A stretch of DNA of 64,000 bases, from NCBI GenBank assembly GCA_964291235.2, contig OZ219815.1, positions 960,001-1,024,000 of the forward strand, in the 5' to 3' direction. The first letter of the stretch is position 1, and every line of letters starts with the position of its first letter. Shown piece after piece: positions 30,376 through 39,695 of the stretch. Made by a program: the position numbers and the translations under genes. Below the pieces are notes generated by a model. That model ran no database searches, had not been told where the DNA came from, and saw nothing but the letters and a program-made list of their open reading frames with translations. This DNA comes from Vicinamibacteria bacterium (GTDB taxonomy: Bacteria; Acidobacteriota; Vicinamibacteria; Marinacidobacterales; Marinacidobacteraceae).

Positions 30376-31050
30376 TGGAGTTGCCCCGGGAAAACGGACC
30401 ACTCATAGTGCCAGTGGCACAAAGGAGGTCTGAGATGGGCAGTCCTGGCCGCCGATATACGGCGGAGTATCGAAAGCGGGTGGTTGCGCTGGTTCGCTCG
30501 GGACGTAGCGCCGAGGAAGTCGCGGATGAATATGAGGCGAGTCCGCGAGCGATCCGGCGTTGGGTGATGGACGCGGACGCGGCGGAGGGCCGCGGGGGCG
30601 ACGGCTGGACGACGGAGGAGCGGGAGGAGTTGAAGCGGCTGGAACGTGAGAACCGGCGGCTGCAGCGGGAGAACGCCTTCCTAAAAAAAGCGGCGGCCTG
30701 GTTCGCCCGGGAGACATCGTCTGGATGCGAGCCGGGCCGTGATGAGCGTGCGGGAGATGGGGCGCCTGCTGGGAGTGTCCCGCAGTGGGTACTACGCCTG
30801 GCGTGGCCGCGGGGCCAGTGCGCGGGTTCAGGCGGACGAGCGCCTGAAGGTGGAGATCGCGGCGGCCCATGCGGCGAGTCGAGGCACCTACGGGGTGCCG
30901 CCGATCCGGGCGGAGTCGGCAGCGCGGGGGAACCGGACGAGCCGGAAGCGGGTTGTGCGGCTGATGCGGGCGTTGGGGATCTGTGAGGTGAGCCGCCGAC
31001 GCCGCGTCCGCACCACGATCCGGGACGGCGAGGCGCGGCCGGCGCGCCTG
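30376..31050 (+). mobile_element. IS3-family remnant (left IR, orfA, A7G slippery site, truncated orfB without the DDE domain)
   Basis: TGGAGTTGCCCCGGGAAAACGGACCA end; AAGGAGG plus ATG 30435 orfA (RRYTAEY...LKKAAAWFARE); AAAAAAAG at 30683-30690; orfB GVSRSGYYAW...TYG...KRVVRLMR...RTT then ends; frame relation broken. Confidence 0.88.
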
Positions 31051-31055
31051 GCGCT

Positions 31056-31973
31056 CTACCCCCGCCGCAGGTGCAGCATCCGGAAGAGCGGCGCGACCCG
31101 GGGCAGGTCCGTCCGGTTCCCCAGGTACCGGCTCGGGTTCGCGGCGGGGAATTCGTGTTCGAGAAGCTCCCAACCCGCCTCGAGCCCCATCCGCTCCGCG
31201 ACCGTCGCCGGGTCGAAGCCGGTGATCATCGGTTCACCGTGTTTGTCCACGAAACGGACAACGTCATCGAAGAGAGCGAGTTCCTCCGCGGGAACGCACT
31301 CGCGGGTGTTCAGGTAGTCGAGAGTCAACTCCGATCCGGCCGCCGCGAGGTCACGGACCTGGGCGAGGGTGGCGGGGATCGCCCCCGGCGCCAGGTAGTA
31401 GGTCACGCCCATCCAACTGAAGAAGGCGGGCGCGCCGCGGTCGAAGCCCTCGGCCAGGAGCCGGTCGACCAGTGGGTCACGCTCAAAGTCCACGTGGACG
31501 AAGTGAAGGTGGTCCGGGACCGAAATGCCCGCGGCCGCCATCCTTTCGCGCTTCAGGGCCGCGCTCGCCGGCAGATCCACTTCGAATACCTCAATCCCGC
31601 GGTCCGGATACCGCAGCGCGAACGTGTCAAAACCCGCTCCCAGAATCACGAGCTGCCGAATCCCGCGCTCCTTGGCCGCGAGGACCCGGTCGTCCGAGAA
31701 CCGGGCCCGGATGAGGACGTAGGTGTTCGTCGGCATGACTTTCCGGAGCAGCACTTTGGTGATCAGCCAGTGGCGGAAGTCCGAACCGATCACCCGCTGC
31801 CATCGCTCCCCCGCGAGATGGATCGCGAACGGATCCTCGACGACGAGCGGCCTCTTCGCCCTGGCGAAGTGGCCGGCCCGCGCGGCCGCTACCAGCTCCG
31901 CGGTCTGGCTACCGCGGACGCGCGACAGGTTTTCCGTGCTCTTCGGCTTCGGCTCGTGCCTTCCGCCCATCAC
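31056..31973 (-). CDS. SAM-dependent methyltransferase (LCM/TIGR00027-like)
   Basis: DPFA, RARFSDD, QLVILGAGFDT, FEVDLP, WMGVTYYL. Confidence 0.9.
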   Translation of the reverse strand: MMGGRHEPKPKSTENLSRVRGSQTAELVAAARAGHFARAKRPLVVEDPFAIHLAGERWQRVIGSDFRHWLITKVLLRKVMPTNTYVLIRARFSDDRVLAAKERGIRQLVILGAGFDTFALRYPDRGIEVFEVDLPASAALKRERMAAAGISVPDHLHFVHVDFERDPLVDRLLAEGFDRGAPAFFSWMGVTYYLAPGAIPATLAQVRDLAAAGSELTLDYLNTRECVPAEELALFDDVVRFVDKHGEPMITGFDPATVAERMGLEAGWELLEHEFPAANPSRYLGNRTDLPRVAPLFRMLHLRRG

Positions 31974-32029
31974 ATCCCCTCCAACCGGAGCGACGACATT
32001 GCGCTCCCGATGATGGTACGCGGCCGGAC

Positions 32030-32704
32030 GTGAGACGTGTTTCGCCTCGACCGGATTCCGCGTGTTGCATCCTTGGTCCGGACGGCCCCGTGAAACGACC
32101 CCGCGAGATCCTCACCGTCGGACACTCCAACCATTCGGTCGGAGACCTGGCCGCCCTCCTGCGGCGGCACCTGGTCACCGTCGTGGCGGATGTCCGTTCC
32201 GTTCCCTATAGCCGCCGCCATCCGCAATTCAATCGCCGGGCCCTTGAGGGCTCGCTCGCCGAACACCGGATCCGCTACCTCTTTCTCGGGGCGGAGCTCG
32301 GAGCGCGGACTCCGGATGTCTCCTGTTACGACGGGGAAGGCAGGGTGTCTTTTGCCCGGCTGGCGGCAACGGACGCCTTCCTCCGGGGAGTCCGGCGGGT
32401 GCTGGACGAGGCGGCCACCGCCCGCCTTGCTCTTCTCTGCGCGGAGCGGGATCCTGCGAACTGCCACCGGACGATGCTGGTGGCGCCGGCGCTCGCCGGA
32501 AAGGGCATTTCGGTGAACCACATTCTCGCGGACGGCCGCCTGGAAACGCAGGAGCAACTGCTTGATCGTCTGTGCGCCGGTTTTGGCATGCCACCGCGGG
32601 AGATCTTTCGAACCCGCCATCAACAGCGACAGGAGGCGCTGTTGCGGCGCGCTCGGGAAATCGCCTGGCGCGATCCCGCGCGCGACGGGCTCAGGGAACG
32701 ATGA
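32030..32704 (+). CDS. DUF488 family protein
   Basis: TVGHSNH, DVRSVPYSR, ELGAR, LCAERDPANCHR; true start may be GTG 32090. Confidence 0.9.
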   Translation: MRRVSPRPDSACCILGPDGPVKRPREILTVGHSNHSVGDLAALLRRHLVTVVADVRSVPYSRRHPQFNRRALEGSLAEHRIRYLFLGAELGARTPDVSCYDGEGRVSFARLAATDAFLRGVRRVLDEAATARLALLCAERDPANCHRTMLVAPALAGKGISVNHILADGRLETQEQLLDRLCAGFGMPPREIFRTRHQQRQEALLRRAREIAWRDPARDGLRER

Positions 32705-33788
32705 TTGCCTTGGTGACCCGGAGGGCCTCGACATCGTCGAGTGCCTGGTTCGCTTCTTCGAGGCGGTAACGGCGGCCAATCACGTCCGCGAAGGGGATGG
32801 TCTCCCGGTAGCGGACCAGGGTGTCCAGCGCCCGGGTCCAGTGGTGAAACTCACTGCCCCACTGGCCCCGGACTTCCGCGTGCTTGCGGTTGATGTCCAC
32901 ATGGGGATTGACCGGTACGGTTCCGGCGTCGGTGTAGTGGCCGACGATGACGTAGCGGCCACCGTCGCGGAGCATCGCGAAGCCTTCCGGGACCGCGCGC
33001 GGGTTGCCGCTGGCTTCGATCACCAGATCGGCGCCGCGTCCGCCGGTCGCCGCTTGCACCCGCGCCGCCCGTCCCTCGGAATCGCTGCCCGAGAGGGCGA
33101 GGGCTTCGTCGGCGCCCATACGGAGCGCGAGGTCACGGCGCGCCGCCGGCTCGCCGACCGCCACGATCGTCCCGGCGCCGGATGTCCGGGCGAAGGCGAT
33201 GGCCGCCAGCCCCACCGGCCCGACGCCCTGCACCACCACGCTGTCCCCGAGGCGGATCTCGGCCCGGTCCACTGCCGCGAAGCCGGTGAAGAGCCCGCAG
33301 CCGCCACCGATGAGGTCCTCCACACAAAGCTCGGCGGGCAGGACCACGGTGCGGACTCCGGGCAGAAGCAGGATGTTGTCCGCCCAGCCCCCGAGTAGCC
33401 CCTCTTCCGCCGAATAGGTGATCCCGTAAACGCGGCGCGAGGGACAGCGGTTCGGCTGACGAGCCACGAGGCACTGGTAGCAGGAGTGGCAGGTGGCGTG
33501 GACGTCGAAAAAGGACACCACGCTACCGACCGCGAGCGGTGTCCCCACGGCGTCCCGCGAGATGCCACCCGTTTCGACGACCCGGCCAACGCTCACGTGA
33601 CCGGGGATGATCGGATAGGGCACCCCCGCGAGGCGGCCCTCCCGGAGGTGCACGTCGGTCCCGCACACCTCGGAAGCGAGGGTCTCCAGCAGGATCTCGC
33701 CCGGAGCGGCTTTCGGGATGGGAACCGTCCGAATCTCGACCGGCCGCCCAGGCGCGGGTAGCACCGCCGCCCGCGCCGTTCGGCTCAC
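32691..33788 (-). CDS. Zinc-binding alcohol dehydrogenase (MDR)
   Basis: VCGTDVH, CHSCYQC...C, GVGPVG; GTG start overlapping the arsS stop. Confidence 0.9.
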   Translation of the reverse strand: MSRTARAAVLPAPGRPVEIRTVPIPKAAPGEILLETLASEVCGTDVHLREGRLAGVPYPIIPGHVSVGRVVETGGISRDAVGTPLAVGSVVSFFDVHATCHSCYQCLVARQPNRCPSRRVYGITYSAEEGLLGGWADNILLLPGVRTVVLPAELCVEDLIGGGCGLFTGFAAVDRAEIRLGDSVVVQGVGPVGLAAIAFARTSGAGTIVAVGEPAARRDLALRMGADEALALSGSDSEGRAARVQAATGGRGADLVIEASGNPRAVPEGFAMLRDGGRYVIVGHYTDAGTVPVNPHVDINRKHAEVRGQWGSEFHHWTRALDTLVRYRETIPFADVIGRRYRLEEANQALDDVEALRVTKAIIVP

Positions 33789-34804
33789 GCCGTGGTGCCT
33801 CCGCAACTGGAGCCGGCGCCCGCGGTACAGCCGTAGCAGTGCAGGCCGGTCACGATGCGGCGGTTCTCCAACAGTTCCGGGACAAAGTCCCTGATATGGG
33901 TGGGAGCGCCGAAACTCACGGTCTCGTCCAGCATCTGGTTGAAATCGCAGTCGTAGAGCTGGCCGTCCCAACCGATCGACAGCGTGTTGCGGCACATCAC
34001 TGCCGCGGCCGCCGCCGGGTTGAAGGCGTTCACCAGACGTTCCATGTACCGCTCGTAGTTTCCGCTTTCCACCAGGTAGTCGAGGAAGCGGCTGATCGGG
34101 AGGTTGGTGATCGCGTAGAGCCGGTCGAACCGGATCCCATAGCGCCGGTCGAGCTCCCGCTTGAATTCGCGTTCCAGAGCATCCTGATCGCCGGGAAGAA
34201 ATGCCCCGGTGGGGTTGTAAACGAGGTTGAGGCGGAGGGCCCCGCCCTGGCCGTACCCCAGGCGGTTCAACAGCTTGAGGGCCTGGATGGATTTGTCGAA
34301 GACTCCCGCCCCGCGCTGCGCGTCGGTGCGCTCGGCCAGAAAGTACGGGAGGCTGGCGATGATCTCCACCTCACGGTCGGCGAGAAACCGCGCCAGATCG
34401 GATTGGGACCTGAGGAGCAATACGGTGAGGTTCGAACGGTCCATCACGTGCCGTCCAAGCGCCTTCGAAGCGTCCACGAGGTAGCGGAAGTTCTCGTTCA
34501 GTTCCGGTGCCCCGCCGGTGATGTCCACCGTGGGTGCATCGGTCAGTTCGAGCGCCCGGATACAAGCCTCCGCGGTTTCGCGCGTCATCTGCTCGGTCCG
34601 GTCCGGACCGGCATCGACGTGGCAGTGCCGGCATTTCTGGTTGCAGAGCTTGCCGACGTTGATCTGGAAGATCTCTATCCCGGTCGCGCGGAGGGGGTGG
34701 AGGTCGTGACGGGCGAGCGCCGAATTGAAGGATGGGAACCGGCGCTCCGACGGCCGCGGCGCAAAGTGCGCGTTGCGGGTTGGGAGTTGAAGGACCGCTT
34801 CCAT
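33785..34804 (-). CDS. arsS: Arsenosugar-biosynthesis-type radical SAM protein (DUF3641)
   Basis: CNQKCRHCH, DITGGAPELN, MCR, YDCDFNQM, HCYGCTAGAGSSCGG. Confidence 0.9.
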   Translation of the reverse strand: MEAVLQLPTRNAHFAPRPSERRFPSFNSALARHDLHPLRATGIEIFQINVGKLCNQKCRHCHVDAGPDRTEQMTRETAEACIRALELTDAPTVDITGGAPELNENFRYLVDASKALGRHVMDRSNLTVLLLRSQSDLARFLADREVEIIASLPYFLAERTDAQRGAGVFDKSIQALKLLNRLGYGQGGALRLNLVYNPTGAFLPGDQDALEREFKRELDRRYGIRFDRLYAITNLPISRFLDYLVESGNYERYMERLVNAFNPAAAAAVMCRNTLSIGWDGQLYDCDFNQMLDETVSFGAPTHIRDFVPELLENRRIVTGLHCYGCTAGAGSSCGGTTA

Positions 34805-35136
34805 CACATACTCAATTGGGTGTTGCGTTTCCGCATCTGCACGCCGTGCACCAGCGCCGCTCCGCCCCGGATGGCGGCTGCCACGTGGACCGCTTCCGTC
34901 ATCTGGTCGAGGTTCGAACCCTTCTCCAGGCACTCCTGCGACCAGGCGTCAATGCAGTAGGGACACTGGAGGGCGTGCGCGACGCCCAAGGCTATCAACG
35001 CCTTTTCGCGCCCGGTCAGCGAGCCCTCCTGGAACGTGGCCTGGTACCAGTCGTTGAATTTGTCCCACAGGTCCGGGGCGTTACGGCCCATTTCGCCGAA
35101 CCGGGACAGATCATGGTCGTCGTAGTAGTGGCTCAC
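34804..35136 (-). CDS. ArsS-associated AhpD/CMD-family peroxidase-like protein
   Basis: REKALIALGVAHALQCPYCIDA...AAAIRGGAALVHGVQM; GTG start with GGAG RBS. Confidence 0.9.
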   Translation of the reverse strand: MSHYYDDHDLSRFGEMGRNAPDLWDKFNDWYQATFQEGSLTGREKALIALGVAHALQCPYCIDAWSQECLEKGSNLDQMTEAVHVAAAIRGGAALVHGVQMRKRNTQLSM

Positions 35137-35256
35137 CCAACTTCTCCAATCTTTTCTTGTGTCTTCATCCGCAAGGCTAGCGCGGAAAACCTCCACGGTG
35201 CCGGGGTTTCTGCGGGGACGGGGAAACCCCGAATCCGGTGGTAGCCTCGGCCCATC

Positions 35257-36159
35257 ATGTCACTCCACTCGATCGGATTCATCGGTCTCGGCGTCATGGG
35301 CAAGCCCATGGCGAAGAATCTGCTCGCCGCCGGGTTCGACCTCACGGTGCACAGCCGGTCCCCGGGACCGGTGGACGAACTCGTCACCATGGGCGCCCGG
35401 CACGCCCGGTCCCCTTCCGAATGTGCGAGCGGTCAGGATGCGGTCCTTTTGATGCTTCCCGACTCGCCGGACTCGGAACTCGTGATGCTCGGTCCGGACG
35501 GAGTCCTTGCCGCGACCCAACTTCCGGCGCTGGTCACGGACATGTCCTCGATCGAGCCCGGGGTGTCCTCGAAGATCGCCGCGGCAGCGGCGGAGCGCGG
35601 TGTCGGGTTTGTGGACGCTCCGGTGAGCGGCGGCGAGCCGGGAGCGATCGCCGGTGAACTCGCGATCATGGCGGGGGGCGACGGAGCGGCTTTCGAGGAG
35701 CTCGGTCCCGTGTTCGACGTGCTCGGCAAGAGCGCCGTCCTCTGCGGCCCCGCGGGCGCCGGCAACACCGTCAAGCTCGCCAACCAGATGATCGTGGCCG
35801 CGAACATCCAGGCGGTGGGGGAGGCGCTCGTGTTCGCGGTCCGTTCGGGGCTCGATCCGCGGGTCGTCGTGGAAGCCATCCGGGGAGGACTTGCCGGGAG
35901 CGCCGCGCTGAACGCCAAGGCGCCCAAGATGATCGCCGGGGACTGGAAGCCCGGATTCCGGCTCGAACTCCATCTCAAGGACCTGAACAACGCCCTCGCC
36001 GCGGCCGCTGGGAACGGCAGTCAGGTTCCGGTGACTACCGTCGTCCGCCAATTCGTGAAGACGCTGGTGGAAAACGGCCACGCGCGCGAGGACCATGCCG
36101 CCATCGCCCGCTACTGCGAGGACATCGCGGGAACGAAGATCGCGACGGGGGCCGGCTAG
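35257..36159 (+). CDS. garR: 2-hydroxy-3-oxopropionate reductase / beta-hydroxyacid dehydrogenase
   Basis: GFIGLGVMG, DAPVSGG, KLANQ, PGFRLELHLKDL. Confidence 0.85.
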   Translation: MSLHSIGFIGLGVMGKPMAKNLLAAGFDLTVHSRSPGPVDELVTMGARHARSPSECASGQDAVLLMLPDSPDSELVMLGPDGVLAATQLPALVTDMSSIEPGVSSKIAAAAAERGVGFVDAPVSGGEPGAIAGELAIMAGGDGAAFEELGPVFDVLGKSAVLCGPAGAGNTVKLANQMIVAANIQAVGEALVFAVRSGLDPRVVVEAIRGGLAGSAALNAKAPKMIAGDWKPGFRLELHLKDLNNALAAAAGNGSQVPVTTVVRQFVKTLVENGHAREDHAAIARYCEDIAGTKIATGAG

Positions 36160-36211
36160 GAACCGCCCGCCGGTCTCCGGGACCAGCGGCTGCCAGCCCC
36201 GGCGAACCCGA

Positions 36212-37633
36212 TCAGCTCTTGAAAAAGGCCAGGAAGCCCTCATAGAGCGCCCAGAGGTCCGCCTTCGAGGCGACATCGTAGGTGCTGTGCATGGAGAGGA
36301 TGCCGACGCCCCAGTCGGTGACCTCCATGTTCATCTGGTTGAAGTAGCGGGCGATCGTGCCGCCGCCGTAGCCGGCCTTGTAGGTGTGGCTCTGCCAGCC
36401 CACGTCGGCGTCGTCGAGCATCCGGCGGAGGTGGGCGACGAACTCGCTGTTTGCGCTCCTGCCGGCTCCGTAGAGCTTGATAACCAGCCCGTGGTGGAGC
36501 AGCGAGGCGTTGTCCGGCGCTTGGGGTGAAGGCCAGAGCGGATTCGTCGCGGTCGTGGTGTCCGCGGTGATCATGTCGGTGTTCCCGAAGCACTCCATCA
36601 CGTCGAGTTCACTCACGGATCCCTTCTCCGCCCGGATCATTTCGGCGACGATGCGCCGGAACCACTCGGACCCGACGCTGATGTTGGAGCCGCTTCCGAC
36701 TTCCTCGTCGGTGACCAGGTACGCCATCGCGGTGTGGGCCGGCGTCTCCAGGTCTTCCAGTGCGAACACGTTCGCGATTCCGGTCAGCCGGTCGTCGAGC
36801 CCGAAGGCGGCGAAGAGCGCCCGGTCCATGCCTACTTCCCGCGGCTTGGTAAGGGGCACGATCTGGATGTCGCTGCTGACCCAATCCTCCGGCTCGATCC
36901 CGAACTCGGATTCGATCAGCGCTACCGCGCGCTCCATGGCGTCCATCCCGTCCTCACCGCCGGTCGGGGCGGACGTGATCAGCGGATCGAGCTCCTCGCG
37001 CTGAATCGCCTCCGCCCGGGTCCGGTTCCGGAAATCCCGGTCCACATGCGGGGCGAGGTCCGGAATGAGCAGCACGGGATCGTTCTCGTCGAAGCCGTAT
37101 TCGATCCAGACAACCGAACCGTCCATCTTGTCCACCCGCCCGGTGAGTCCGAGCGGCACGTTCACCCACTGGTACGCCTTCAGCCCGCCGTGCACCAGGG
37201 TGTCGAGCGCCGCGGCGTCCCTCTTGCGGGTGAGGGGATGCGGCTTCAGCTCCAGCCGGATCGAGTCGATGTGGCTGTTGATGAGCCGCATCCCGGACGC
37301 CAGCGGTTCGCTGCCGACGACCCAGAGCAGCATGGTCCGGTCGCGGTTGATCGCATAGAAACGGGCGCCCGGATTCACCCCCCGGATGCTTGGGTCCCAC
37401 TCCCGGAATCCGCGGGCCTCGGCGTAGGCGACCGTCTCCTTGACCATCGTGAGTTCCGTCCGCGCCCGGTCGATGTAGGGGACGAACCGCTGGTAGATCG
37501 CCTCGATCTCGGCGCGTTCCGCTTCGGTCGCCGTTGCCTCGAGGTTCCCCCGGCTGCCGTAGTCCTGGGCGCCCAAAGCGCTGGCGGCGAGGATGGCGAG
37601 GACGAAGGTGGCGGTGGTGGTCGTGGTTCTCAT
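36212..37633 (-). CDS. M18 family aminopeptidase with signal peptide
   Basis: SHIDS, GGLKAYQW, GLDDR, DEEVGS, GGGTI, SMHS; N-terminal ALGA-Q cleavage. Confidence 0.88.
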   Translation of the reverse strand: MRTTTTTATFVLAILAASALGAQDYGSRGNLEATATEAERAEIEAIYQRFVPYIDRARTELTMVKETVAYAEARGFREWDPSIRGVNPGARFYAINRDRTMLLWVVGSEPLASGMRLINSHIDSIRLELKPHPLTRKRDAAALDTLVHGGLKAYQWVNVPLGLTGRVDKMDGSVVWIEYGFDENDPVLLIPDLAPHVDRDFRNRTRAEAIQREELDPLITSAPTGGEDGMDAMERAVALIESEFGIEPEDWVSSDIQIVPLTKPREVGMDRALFAAFGLDDRLTGIANVFALEDLETPAHTAMAYLVTDEEVGSGSNISVGSEWFRRIVAEMIRAEKGSVSELDVMECFGNTDMITADTTTATNPLWPSPQAPDNASLLHHGLVIKLYGAGRSANSEFVAHLRRMLDDADVGWQSHTYKAGYGGGTIARYFNQMNMEVTDWGVGILSMHSTYDVASKADLWALYEGFLAFFKS

Positions 37634-37717
37634 GGATCGCTCCGCTGGAAAGAGCCGCGTGGAAAGGCGCCGAACGCTATCAGCGCGGGGCGCTCCGGCC
37701 GCTGGTAGCATCGGCTC

Positions 37718-38932
37718 ATGGGACGAAACAAGCGCGGCGCGGGCGGGTATCGCTCGTTCGGGTACCTGATTCCGGGCGAGGATTACCGGCCGGAAGACCT
37801 GGTGGAGGACGCGGAACTTTTTCCCGCGCACCCGGTGCCGCTATCCGCCGCCGACGAGGCGCGCGCCGAACGCCTCGCCAGCGATCTGGTGCTGATTTCG
37901 CTCCACGAACACCTCGGGAGCTTTCCGCGCGACATCCACCGCACTCCGGCGTACGTCCGGGAAGGGCGTGTTTTCACCCCTTTTGAGGCGCTGGCGGAAT
38001 CCGATTGGGACTGCGTTTTCGACAACCTGCTCGACGGGATCTGCCGGATCGAGTCACGGACCGGCTGGAAGTGGAACGAGGTGCTTCACGACCTCGGGAT
38101 GCGCCTCGCGGACCTCGCCCACCAGGACTTCCTCGTCCATTGCAAGACGGTGGACGACATCCTGAGCGCCCACGCCGAGGGAAGGATCGCCTGGGTCGCG
38201 GCCATCGAGGGGGCGGCGCCGATCGAGAACGAACTCGACCGGGTGGAAGTCCTTCACGGCTTCGGGGTGCGCGAGATGGGGATCACCTACAGTGAATCGA
38301 ACGCTCTCGGGAGCGGCCTGAAGGAAGCGAATGACGGGGGGTTGACGTCCTTCGGCCATCAGGTGGTCGAGCGGATGAACAAAGTGGGGATGCTCATCGA
38401 CACCGCCCACTGTGGTGACCAGACGACCCTCGACGTCATCGCCGCCAGCACCAAGCCGGTTTCGATCACCCATATCGGCGCGCGCGCCCTCTGGAACACC
38501 CGCCGTATGGCGCCCGACGACGTGTTGAAGGCATGCGGCGACAAGGGTGGAATCATCGGAATCGAAGCCGCTCCGCACACCACGCTGACCGAGCGGCATC
38601 CCCGGCACAGCCTCGAATCCTTCATGGAGCATTTCGAGTACGTGAAGGATCTGGTCGGAGTGGACCACGTGGGGTTCGGCCCGGACACGGTGTTTGGCGA
38701 CCACGTGGGACTTCACGGCGTGTACGCCGCGGCGCTCTCCATCCGGAAGGCGAGCGCCGGGAGCGGGGCCCCCGCCTTCGAGCGGGTTCCGTACGTGGAA
38801 GGCATCGAGAACCCGGTCGAGGGCTCGAAGAACATTCTGCGGTGGCTGGTGGGACACGAGTACTCGGACGAGGACATCGCCAAGGTGATGGGTGGAAATG
38901 CGCTTCGGGTGTTGAGGGACGTCTGGGCGTGA
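37718..38932 (+). CDS. Membrane dipeptidase family (M19)
   Basis: SLHEH, IEGA, GLTSFG..VVERMNKVGMLIDTAH, VDHVGFGPD, GGNALRV. Confidence 0.9.
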   Translation: MGRNKRGAGGYRSFGYLIPGEDYRPEDLVEDAELFPAHPVPLSAADEARAERLASDLVLISLHEHLGSFPRDIHRTPAYVREGRVFTPFEALAESDWDCVFDNLLDGICRIESRTGWKWNEVLHDLGMRLADLAHQDFLVHCKTVDDILSAHAEGRIAWVAAIEGAAPIENELDRVEVLHGFGVREMGITYSESNALGSGLKEANDGGLTSFGHQVVERMNKVGMLIDTAHCGDQTTLDVIAASTKPVSITHIGARALWNTRRMAPDDVLKACGDKGGIIGIEAAPHTTLTERHPRHSLESFMEHFEYVKDLVGVDHVGFGPDTVFGDHVGLHGVYAAALSIRKASAGSGAPAFERVPYVEGIENPVEGSKNILRWLVGHEYSDEDIAKVMGGNALRVLRDVWA

Positions 38933-39576
38933 CCCCCGGGCGGCTGCCGGGAGGGGTGGCCCTCATGGCAGGCCTGACGGTGGGCTTGACGCTCCCGGTG
39001 GCGGTGGCCGGCCCCTCGGCGGCTGCGGAGCCGGCGGTGGAAACGACCATCGAGCTGCCGGATCCCGGGAGAGCCACGGTTCGCACCCGCATTCCTGCCG
39101 GCGACCGCTTCGCCGGGGAATCCGGTTTCCACCGCCTGGCCGGTGATCCGGAGCAGGGATGGAGACGGACGCCGATGCGCTTCGAGCGGGATCCGGATCG
39201 CGGTTTCGTGTTCGAGAGCGAGGTTGAGGCGGGATCTGACGGCTGGCTCCGGATTCCGATGCCGATTCCGGACGCGCCGCCTCCCCCGGGCACCGACCTT
39301 TCGTTTGCAGCGGTCGTCGTCCCGCCCCCGGGTCACCGGATCGTGGACGCCTTCCCATCGGGAGTGAACGACCCGGGCGCCGGCGGGGCGCTGCGGATCG
39401 CCTTGCCGGCGCCCCCGTCGCTCCTCCGGTTCCGGGTCGTCCCCGAGGCGAGCATGGGGATCGGCCTGACCTCCGTGGTGGACGGAGTCCTGGCGCTGCT
39501 GCTGATCGGACTGGGGATCTTCGGAGCCCGGCGGCTTCTGGGTCCCGGACATCCCTCTGGAACGAGCCCGCCATGA
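38929..39576 (+). CDS. Hypothetical exported protein with C-terminal membrane anchor
   Basis: GTGA overlap; N-terminal hydrophobic signal and C-terminal TM helix. Confidence 0.6.
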   Translation: MTPGRLPGGVALMAGLTVGLTLPVAVAGPSAAAEPAVETTIELPDPGRATVRTRIPAGDRFAGESGFHRLAGDPEQGWRRTPMRFERDPDRGFVFESEVEAGSDGWLRIPMPIPDAPPPPGTDLSFAAVVVPPPGHRIVDAFPSGVNDPGAGGALRIALPAPPSLLRFRVVPEASMGIGLTSVVDGVLALLLIGLGIFGARRLLGPGHPSGTSPP

Positions 39577-39695
39577 CGCGGTTTTCCTTCTGGGGACTCT
39601 TCGCGGTCTTCGGCGCGATTCTGATCGCCTACTGGTTCTGGATGCGCCGGCTCGAGCACGGGGACCGCGAGCGCGGCGGGGGGAAGCAGCGTTGA
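39573..39695 (+). CDS. 40-aa single-TM protein, probable SSS-transporter accessory subunit
   Basis: Hand translation MTRFSFWGLFAVFGAILIAYWFWMRRLEHGDRERGGGKQR; ATGA and TTGA overlaps on both sides. Confidence 0.75.
   Translation: MTRFSFWGLFAVFGAILIAYWFWMRRLEHGDRERGGGKQR

Noticed and set aside
30683-30690. Active programmed -1 frameshift
   Set aside because: The slippery site is present, but downstream orfB is out of register and truncated
33785-33830. Selenocysteine in the ArsS C-terminus
   Set aside because: The SSCGG codon is TGC; the TGA is a true stop overlapping the next gene's GTG
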